Assembly (NCBI GenBank): GCA_019694895.1 | Contig: JAIBBA010000001.1 | Span: 13,403-77,402, forward strand | Direction: 5' to 3' | Origin: Chitinophagales bacterium | Lineage (GTDB): Bacteria; Bacteroidota; Bacteroidia; Chitinophagales; BACL12 | Length of the DNA: 64,000 nt | Part shown: positions 17,851 through 26,200 of the stretch, piece after piece | How positions within the stretch are numbered: position 1 is the stretch's first letter | Layout of the letters: each line of letters opens with the position of its first letter | Made by a program: the position numbers and the translations under genes | The notes under the pieces: model-generated | What the model saw: the letters and a program-made list of their open reading frames with translations, nothing else | Database searches by the model: none | Told to the model about the DNA's origin: nothing

Positions 17851-20190
17851 TCAAAAGAACTCGACCATGATCTCGATATCGACATTCCTGCCTTTATCAT
17901 CACTGCAACTGATCTTTGTTTTTCCTTCAGCGGGATCGAAAAATACAGGTTCTCCTGCATTAACTGAAGTGAGTAATTTATCGTTGATATACCAGAATAT
18001 GGTTTTGACATCTGAAGCAACATTGGCTGACAACATGATGCGCTGAGGATCATCTTTTTCAATCAAATATTCCATTTGATCAGCAGGAGATGTAATTGAA
18101 GGCATCTGATCGCTGAACATGCGTTCACATTTCGGGTTGTGTGGAGGAATACTTTCAAATGGCAAATGTTTTTCCTGCATCCAGCTGATGATCTGAGGAG
18201 AATAATTTTGATATTGTTTGACTTTATAACCCGTTTCAGGTTTACAAGTATTGCAATAGCTTATAGTTTCTTTCGGATCAACCATTACATCTATTAAATG
18301 TGTGCAACTATCATTTTTTGAAATGCCGGGTATGAAATAATCCATTACTACATGCGAACAATTTGCAGTAGGAATTTCACCACTAACTTCACATACATAT
18401 CTGAATTGAACAGATTCCGGCATGCGATTCCAGTCCGCATCAACATCTGACCCTAAAACCTGAAAAATATTAAATAACAATGGTGTAGCCACATTTGCAC
18501 CACTCAATTCTGGAACACCGCGTCCACTGAAATTGCCAACCCATACGCCAACCGTATATTGTTCATTATAGCCGATACTCCAGGCATCCCGACGACCGTA
18601 GGATGTCCCGGTTTTCCAGGCAACACGAGGAACTTTCTTAGCATTCTGGTAAAATAATGGAAGATCAGGTCGGGTTAATTCGCTCAGAATTTCTGTAGTC
18701 ATGAATGCGGCGGCTTCCGTAAATACAGGCGTTGCGGTTGTATCATTGTCGGATTGTAAATACCTGATATGCGGCGATTTCCCGTTATTTGGAAATGCGG
18801 AATAGGCACGTGTCAATTCCTCCAGCGTTATACCACAACCTCCTAATGCTACAGATAATCCAAGATCTTTTCTTTGATTGGTGAGTGATGAAAATCCTGC
18901 GCGCTGTAACATGTTCAGAAAATCTTCCATCCCAATTTCATGCAAGGTTTTTACAGCCGGAACATTCAAAGAATTTGCGAGTGCATAAGTTATAGAAACA
19001 TTTCCATGATAGTCTTCATCATAATTTTCCGGTCGGTAACCGGTGTAATTAATCGGGACATCACTTACAATAGATTGAGGTGTGTATATCCCTTTATCAA
19101 AAGCCATCGCATATAATAGCGGCTTTAACGTACTTCCCGGAGACCGGACTGCTTGCACACCGTCTACTTGACCGCCATCACGCTCATTAAAGAAATTTGC
19201 AGAACCAACATAAGCCACCACTTTGTGACTTTTATTATCAATGACTATTGCAGCCCCATTATTGATATCTAGCGCCCATAATTGACCAACATAATTACTC
19301 ATGACTTCCTCACATTGCGATTGCAGTTGTGGTTGGAGTGTAGTTTTAATAATTGGATCGGCAGGAAATTCCATCCGCATACGTGTGCTGAAATGTCTTG
19401 CCAGTTGCGGGATTTCAGTTCGCTTTGCGTTAAACGGTTCTGCAAGCGCGTCATCTATGATGTCATCTGAAAACAAATCTGCATTTCTGAATTTTTCCAA
19501 CCATTTATTTCGCTCAACAATGATCTGTGCATTGTTTTGACCGGGCACCAGTGAGGTCGGCCGATTAGGAATAATGCTCAATGCCGTTAATTCTGAAAGT
19601 GATAATACTGCCGGCATTTTTTGCAGATAAAGTATGGATGCAGCTTTTACGCCTTCAATATTACCGCCATAAGGAACCAGATTCAAATACATTTGCAATA
19701 TCTCTTCTTTAGAATACAGCATGTCCAATTGCAAGGCGCGGAACATCTCAACAACTTTATTTCCGTAAGTGCGATCCTTGGGTTCCAGCATACGAGCTAC
19801 TTGCATGGTGATGGTACTGGCCCCTGATGTTCGGTGCCCGGTGCGAATATTATTGAACAGCGCTCTGCATATCGCAAGAGGATTTACTCCGGGATGTAAT
19901 TCGAAATATTTATCCTCCTTAAAAATTATTGCTTTTTGCATTTCCGGCGTGATCTCCGACAACTCAGTCATCATGCGCCATTTATCGTCAGTGGTCAGAA
20001 ATGCGTGCAGTACTGTTCCATCAGCTGCAGTTACAGTCTGCGAATAATCAATCTTAACATGCATCGGAAATACCAGGTTCAACAGCAGAAACAAGGTGAA
20101 AACTATCAGCACTGTGGCAAGCGCATGATGAATTATCCGCAAAATACGTGCACGTGAAAAGAAGTTTCTAAATGTAGGGAGTAATCCCAT
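17851..20190 (-). CDS. pbpC: penicillin-binding protein 1C (bifunctional glycosyltransferase/transpeptidase)
   Basis: N-terminal TM anchor. GT51 motifs EDKYFELHPG and GASTITMQ. Transpeptidase motifs STLK, SLN, KTG. A ~100-aa C-terminal beta domain, as in PBP1C. Confidence 0.9.
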   Translation of the reverse strand: MGLLPTFRNFFSRARILRIIHHALATVLIVFTLFLLLNLVFPMHVKIDYSQTVTAADGTVLHAFLTTDDKWRMMTELSEITPEMQKAIIFKEDKYFELHPGVNPLAICRALFNNIRTGHRTSGASTITMQVARMLEPKDRTYGNKVVEMFRALQLDMLYSKEEILQMYLNLVPYGGNIEGVKAASILYLQKMPAVLSLSELTALSIIPNRPTSLVPGQNNAQIIVERNKWLEKFRNADLFSDDIIDDALAEPFNAKRTEIPQLARHFSTRMRMEFPADPIIKTTLQPQLQSQCEEVMSNYVGQLWALDINNGAAIVIDNKSHKVVAYVGSANFFNERDGGQVDGVQAVRSPGSTLKPLLYAMAFDKGIYTPQSIVSDVPINYTGYRPENYDEDYHGNVSITYALANSLNVPAVKTLHEIGMEDFLNMLQRAGFSSLTNQRKDLGLSVALGGCGITLEELTRAYSAFPNNGKSPHIRYLQSDNDTTATPVFTEAAAFMTTEILSELTRPDLPLFYQNAKKVPRVAWKTGTSYGRRDAWSIGYNEQYTVGVWVGNFSGRGVPELSGANVATPLLFNIFQVLGSDVDADWNRMPESVQFRYVCEVSGEIPTANCSHVVMDYFIPGISKNDSCTHLIDVMVDPKETISYCNTCKPETGYKVKQYQNYSPQIISWMQEKHLPFESIPPHNPKCERMFSDQMPSITSPADQMEYLIEKDDPQRIMLSANVASDVKTIFWYINDKLLTSVNAGEPVFFDPAEGKTKISCSDDKGRNVDIEIMVEFF

Positions 20191-20192
20191 TT

Positions 20193-21356
20193 TTATTCGA
20201 GGGAATAGAATTTGTATTTATTCGGGATCTCACTATACATCAGTAAGGTGTTATTCAAACTGAAATCTAATACTATATTTTCGGAAACATCAACAGATGT
20301 ATTTAAATAAAATGCCTTCAATCGTTTGTCCAGATCCATATAAGCCAATACTTCACCATCAGCTTCAATACGCGATGGGGTATAGGTTTCTACAATCGAT
20401 AATTCACCATTGCAAAATACTTTCAGATAGTCATTTTCGTCTGTATAATATAAAACTCTGTCGACCACGGTATATTGTTTTGGCGGCTGACTTTCCAATG
20501 CAACAATATTGCCTTTGTAGAATACATTAAATCGCCCCATATCATCGATATAGGCAACCATGTCATCGCCCACTTGGAAAACAGGTAGTTCGCTTTGAAC
20601 GTCTGTGACTACCGGACCATTACACCATGAAGCAAGAAGAGGGTCCCCTGAACTTGTAGTGCTAAGACAATTTATTTCCGGTAAATTAAATAATTCATGA
20701 ATGCTACCTTGATAATATACTTTCATGTATTGGTAATTATCGATGTAAGCGATGATACTTCCGGCAGCCTGTGCAGTGATGGGAGCGTAATCATCAAGAT
20801 CAACCTTATTACCTTGATAATAAGCTTTAAACTGACCAATATGATTTACGTATGCGAGAATATTGTCACCTGCAATTACCTTTAAAACCGGTTGATTTTC
20901 CAATTCGATGAACAAGTCATTTACATAGGTATAGAAATATCCGGAATAGTCGTGCACAGCTGCAATGCTATCGGCGAAGGCATACGGATATTGTTGTATG
21001 TATCCCAGGTACTTGCGTTCTTTACCATTGTACACGGAAAAACTTCCTCCTGTGCTGTAATACAAATAGTGATCGGTATTTTTATAAAAAGTGGGGTTGG
21101 TGATATCCAGCTTTACCTGTTCATGATTACTGTAATATACCAGATTTCCCGTGTTTGAAATATAAGCGATGCTGTTTGCAGCCGGTTGTGAAGATTTTAC
21201 GCGAAGATGTTCCAAATGCACTATCCTTCCACTGTCGCTTACATAATAATCACCTTGCATATCAGTATAACCCAACATAGCCTGGGAAAAGGCGGAAAAG
21301 GGGAGGAAACTCAGTAACAACAATATATAACGTGTGAGAATAGAAATAGACATCAT
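20193..21356 (-). CDS. secreted repeat protein of unknown function (about 8 copies of an [IL]AY[IV]D..G.FK.YY.G motif)
   Basis: Signal peptide ...FLPFSAFSQA. Repeats include SIAYISNTGNLVYY, NILAYVNHIGQFKAYYQG, SIIAYIDNYQYMKVYYQG, DMVAYIDDMGRFNVFYKG, EVLAYMDLDKRLKAFY. The stop codon (20193-20195) lies 2 nt from the pbpC start. Confidence 0.6.
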   Translation of the reverse strand: MMSISILTRYILLLLSFLPFSAFSQAMLGYTDMQGDYYVSDSGRIVHLEHLRVKSSQPAANSIAYISNTGNLVYYSNHEQVKLDITNPTFYKNTDHYLYYSTGGSFSVYNGKERKYLGYIQQYPYAFADSIAAVHDYSGYFYTYVNDLFIELENQPVLKVIAGDNILAYVNHIGQFKAYYQGNKVDLDDYAPITAQAAGSIIAYIDNYQYMKVYYQGSIHELFNLPEINCLSTTSSGDPLLASWCNGPVVTDVQSELPVFQVGDDMVAYIDDMGRFNVFYKGNIVALESQPPKQYTVVDRVLYYTDENDYLKVFCNGELSIVETYTPSRIEADGEVLAYMDLDKRLKAFYLNTSVDVSENIVLDFSLNNTLLMYSEIPNKYKFYSLE

Positions 21357-21432
21357 AACCTTGCAGCAAAAAAAACGCCTAACTTTTCAATAAAGGTATG
21401 ATATTTGTTAAAATTCAATAAAAACCCCTCAA

Positions 21433-22992
21433 ATGAAGCGTTTGATGCTATTATCGATATTTTCAGTTTTTAGTTCCCTTTTTGTTAAGGCACAAAGCGG
21501 CGATGTGAATGATTTGCCTCCAATTGATGAACTCGGCACAGGCACTTTTATGGGTCGCCAGGGTGGATTATATCCCAATGGCAGCAATTCCATGCCTGCT
21601 GCATTCTATGCCGATGCAATGGCTATGGCTCAGTCGGTTCAACCACTCGACAAGTCCGGGAAACCGGATCCTAAGGGTAGGATAGGGGTTATTGCCCTTG
21701 GTGCAAGTACCGTTGCCATGTTTAGCAAGGGCTTGGAACATCAGATTCCGGAAGCAGCAGGAGTTAATAAGGAGCTAACGTTTGTAAATTGTGGGATTGG
21801 CGGACAGGATTTGAGTGATATCATGAATCCTGCAGCAAACTATTGGAGTGTTATAGACCAGCGCGTTAGGGAAGCAGGAATGGATCTTAATCAGATTCAG
21901 GTTATTTGGTTTCAAGAGGATAATCTCCGCAATCGCGAGAATAATTTCGATTTACGCATTGCCCAACTGACAAAGGAGTTCACCTACATGGTTAGGTTTT
22001 GCAAGGAGCATTATCCGAATGTAAAATTGTTTTATGTATCCGGCCGACATACAACTGATTTTATGCCTGCCGATGCAAAGGATAAACATCGCGAACCGAA
22101 AGCATATATCAATGGATGGGTGTGTAAGCAATTAATAGAAAATCAGATCAATGGCAGCGAGGAATTAGCTTTCAAAGGTGCAAATGCCGTTTCTCCGTTG
22201 ATACTTTGGGGACCGTATTTCTGGACGCAAGGTGAGAAACCACGCAAAGATGGCTATACCTTAACCAGAGATATGATTTCAAATGATGGAGTCCATCCTA
22301 CTGAAAAGGGAATTGAAAAAGTATCGAAAGATCTGGTTGATTTCTGGCGAACTGACCCCGTTTCGCAACAATGGTTTTTGGAAAATCCCGGAGAGGTTAC
22401 GGTTGATACAATAGGTGATGAGACTGCTGCCGATATGCAAACTATGGCGTTTATTATCAATAGCAAAACCATTCTCAACATCCCATATGATAAAATTGCA
22501 GCGACATATAAGTTGACGGTTTTAAAAGATTCAGCCGTTGTTTTCAATAACGATGCCGCTCAGGTTGGGCCAACGCTGGAATTAGATATAGCAGGAGCCG
22601 GAAATTATAAATATCTCATTTCTGACGGAACAAATAATTATGCAGGAAAAGTTGTGGTGGATGATGCATTACAAGTTACCGTAGTAAAAGACACAGTAGT
22701 ATCCGGAAAAGGTAAGCACCCTATAGATCCAAACTCACCTGCATGGGTAGTAAATGGTGCCAATAAAATGGCAAAATTGCAGCATGTTCTACGCCCGAAT
22801 ACAAATGTAAAAGTGATTTTAACGGATGATAAAGGGAAAGAAGTGCTGGTAGTAGAGGATTTTCTAAATAAATATACAGATGTAAATGAAGCCTTGGATA
22901 GAGGAGAGTATAAAATGACATTCTACAACGAAAAAGGATCTGTAATTTCTGTTCCGGAGGAGTTTAATAGTAGTATTCGAGTTAAGTATTAA
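21433..22992 (+). CDS. secreted SGNH/GDSL-like hydrolase with C-terminal beta-rich extension (tentative)
   Basis: Signal peptide. Candidate SGNH blocks: I VIALGASTV, II FVNCGIGGQ, V NDGVHPTEKG. Block III is degenerate. The last ~190 aa are unassigned. Confidence 0.5.
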   Translation: MKRLMLLSIFSVFSSLFVKAQSGDVNDLPPIDELGTGTFMGRQGGLYPNGSNSMPAAFYADAMAMAQSVQPLDKSGKPDPKGRIGVIALGASTVAMFSKGLEHQIPEAAGVNKELTFVNCGIGGQDLSDIMNPAANYWSVIDQRVREAGMDLNQIQVIWFQEDNLRNRENNFDLRIAQLTKEFTYMVRFCKEHYPNVKLFYVSGRHTTDFMPADAKDKHREPKAYINGWVCKQLIENQINGSEELAFKGANAVSPLILWGPYFWTQGEKPRKDGYTLTRDMISNDGVHPTEKGIEKVSKDLVDFWRTDPVSQQWFLENPGEVTVDTIGDETAADMQTMAFIINSKTILNIPYDKIAATYKLTVLKDSAVVFNNDAAQVGPTLELDIAGAGNYKYLISDGTNNYAGKVVVDDALQVTVVKDTVVSGKGKHPIDPNSPAWVVNGANKMAKLQHVLRPNTNVKVILTDDKGKEVLVVEDFLNKYTDVNEALDRGEYKMTFYNEKGSVISVPEEFNSSIRVKY

Positions 22993-23228
22993 AAAATGCC
23001 TGACGCCGGTTAACTAACGCACTGTAAAAAAAGTTCATAAAATTTTTTCCCGCAGATTTTTTAATAGTCGATAAACTTCATCGCATCAATAACTCAAGCG
23101 CGCCCTCCGCGCGAAAAAACCGACACCACCAATCCACACCACATGCTTCGCGCCTTGCGCCCCTTCCCGTCTTAGTACGAAAAAACCCACACCACAAACA
23201 ATAAAAACAAATTGAATTTATAAGGTAT

Positions 23229-23257
23229 AAAAAAAGGGGCTTTAACACCCCTTTTTC
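23229..23257. terminator. bidirectional Rho-independent terminator (serves the A2M gene)
   Basis: AAAAAGGGG ctttaaca CCCCTTTTT, 5 nt beyond the A2M stop codon. Confidence 0.75.
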
Positions 23258-23262
23258 ATTTC

Positions 23263-26200
23263 TTATTTTTTAATGGTCACCCATCCTCCGCCATTGTAAG
23301 AATGATATTCCTCATTATACATGGCATCAGCCATTATCGGTCCCATTTTAAATGTTCCGGTAGTAACTGCTCTGACTGTATAATAGAAATATTTTTCCTT
23401 AGCCGTAGCATCCGTGTACAATAATATCCTGTCATCGCGAATATCTTCATGTTGTGCTTCCGACTGATTTTGAATCCATGGCATAGAATTAGTGGCACGG
23501 AGTCGGTCGTTTTCAATTTCAAATCCTGCAGGAAGTATATCCGTAATCGCGATATTTTCAACGTAGGTGCCGGTAGCACTTACCAAGCTGATCTTAACAA
23601 CAACCAAATCATTCTGATGGATATTTTTAAGATCTATTGGTTGACCCCATCGATTAAAAAATGACTTGCGAACCCTCAAAAAATTATCTTCAAGTTTTAC
23701 GGAGCCGTCAGCAGAAACACCTTCCTCATACCAGAAATAATAAACGCGACCACTACCTGAGGAATTAAGTGTTACCGGTGAAGAAGCCATTTTGGTATCT
23801 TCAATAACTAAATCCGTGCCATCGAAAGTGCCTGCTTCTTTGCCTCCGATTTTAATTACAACTTTCGCATTATGTTCTTTCGACTGTTTCGCTAATTTTC
23901 CGAATGCAAGGAAGGTAAATGCGCGTTCCTGCGTATTCATATAGCGAGCATTTTTTACCATCTCTGATAGTTGTTGTGACAAGCGTCCTATTTGCTGATT
24001 ATTAGGATCTGCCTCCAACATACAGTTCAAGGCAATTGCCCTGTCGCGAATCGGACTGTTGAAGCTGCCATTGAATTGTTGTTTGGGATCTGCATCGGTA
24101 AAGCCACCCGGCAACAATTTATCTGCACTGCGTTTATCACCTGCCAGCATATAACTCATGGCCAAAAGATATTTACCATCCTGTGGTACCATGCTGAGAT
24201 TCGCTTTGTAATAATTCATCATCGACATTTCAGCCTTTCCCGATACCGCCAGAACATACATAGAATAAAATACTTCCTGTGCAGCCATTTCAACACTGAG
24301 ACCTTTATCATAATAATACACATAGGTTTTTTTCTGCTTCAACATCGTGCGTAAATAACCTAATAGTTTATCTAGTGTTTTTTGGTCTACATCGTAACCG
24401 GCTTTTTTCGCTTCAAGCAAGAAATGTGCGGCATAAATACTTCCCCACCAACTTTCATATCCACCTCCGGGCCAGTATGTCAACGCGCCATTATACATTT
24501 GCATGCTTTGCAAAATGCGTATAGTTTCCTGAACATTATATGCAGGGTCAAGATCCGGACGCTCCTTACTGTAGAATGATTTCACCATATCGGCATAATA
24601 CAGTTGCGGGAACGCACTTGAAGTCATTTGCTCAACGCAACCATGCGGATATTGCACCAGATAATCAAGATCATCGGCAAATTGAACAAGAGGATTATAA
24701 CTGATCATCAGGCGAGCCTTGGCAGATGAACTGATAAGGTTTGGTTGCATATTAACCGTTATCGATTTATTGCCGTCAAGGTAACCTTCCCCACTGTATT
24801 TCTGCAATCCTGCAGGCGGTCTTACCGGAATTTCAGTAATGTCGGTAAATGTTTCTCCTAATGCTGAAGATTGGACTTTCACCTTCGCATTTCCTGTAGC
24901 TCCCCAGGCAACAATTTTAAATACACTTCGAGCTTCTTTGTTCGCATTTGCATTGAATTGTTGTGTACTGCTGCCAACCACTTTGATCGGTCCTTCAATA
25001 GACATGGTCACTTTACCGCTTGCTTTTTTATCTGTTGTATTGGCAAGTGTAATTGGCACATCTATCGTATCTCCGGGAGTGAGGAAGCGGGGTAGGGAAG
25101 TAGTCATTACCAATGGATCGCTCACTTTCATATGCGATTCACTGGCACCAAACTGATCGTTGCGATATGCTGCAACCATTACACGCAGATCTCCGGAGAA
25201 TTGAGGAATATCAATGGTGTATGCTATTTTTCCGGATGCATCTGCCTTTAGGATACCACTCCAATAACTCACAAGCTTTACTCTGTTTGCGGTCATGGGA
25301 TTCAATCTGCCTTCATTCATCATGGCATCGCCACCGCTCAACATCTTCTTAAGATAAATTTCAGGATACAAATAAGCATAGAGATCATAACTGAACACAC
25401 CTAAAGCATGTTGCATGTAAAACCAGTTGTAAGGATCCGGTGTGGTGAAATTCTTGATTTGCAAAATGCCTTCATCAACAACAGCAACAGTTACCTGCGC
25501 ATTTGGTGCCGTCTTTATATTGATAGTTTGTTTCGTATTTGCGCGTGAATGATCTTCATGCGTCACTGTCAACGGTATCGCCTTCGCAGGATTTTTTACT
25601 TCTACATTGATGATGCCATGAGCAACTGTCAAAGGCATACCACTTTCGTCGTTTGGTCGGAATAAAGTGGCTGTTACAAATACATTCGGCACGTGCGACT
25701 GATTCATTTTTATTTTTAATGAAGCAGCTTTCTTTTCAGTGTCCAGGTAATGATATTCAATTACCTTTTCGCGTTCAACGGTAACCAATAGTTTTCCATT
25801 GAATGGGGTAGTGAATAAGAATTCAGCTTCTTCGCCAAGATCATACTTTGGTTTATCGGAAATGATATTGATGTTACCTTCTGTATTTACTTCAAACGAA
25901 TTGTTTTGTGTTGAACCCCATCCATAAGCATAGAATGACTTTTCAACGTATGCTTTAGCATCTTTTAAATATAAGCGTATTTGATATTCTCCGGATTGTT
26001 GCGGGGTGAACCAAATGCCATCCTGATCGCCACTGATTTTCTTATCATAGGATTGAAGCATCTTCTCTTTTCTGTTTGAGCGATATGAATAATAATTGCG
26101 ATGTTTCTCGATCACCGTTTCATAATCGTATTTAATGATTTCTACATGGGCGTCCTGAGTTTTATATCCTTTATCGTCTTTGTCGACAGCAATCATCGGA

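Noticed and set aside
17823-18062. ORF-track entries that read through the heptamer repeats. They are 17823..18062 (-), 50485..50754 (-), 50514..50747 (-), 50792..51046 (+) and 50912..51169 (-). Two of them share the peptide NREWVSG.
   Set aside because: The shared peptide is just the translation of the repeated DNA (AATCGTGAGTGGGTGAGTGGG). The ORFs are low-complexity, overlap real genes or terminators, and have no plausible start context. I treat the region as non-coding repeat.
23098-23120. The GCGCG ccctc CGCGC hairpin followed by an A-run, as a possible terminator for the SGNH-like gene or the A2M gene.
   Set aside because: On the plus strand the hairpin is followed by A residues, not T. 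On the minus strand the T-run precedes the hairpin. Neither orientation has intrinsic-terminator geometry.
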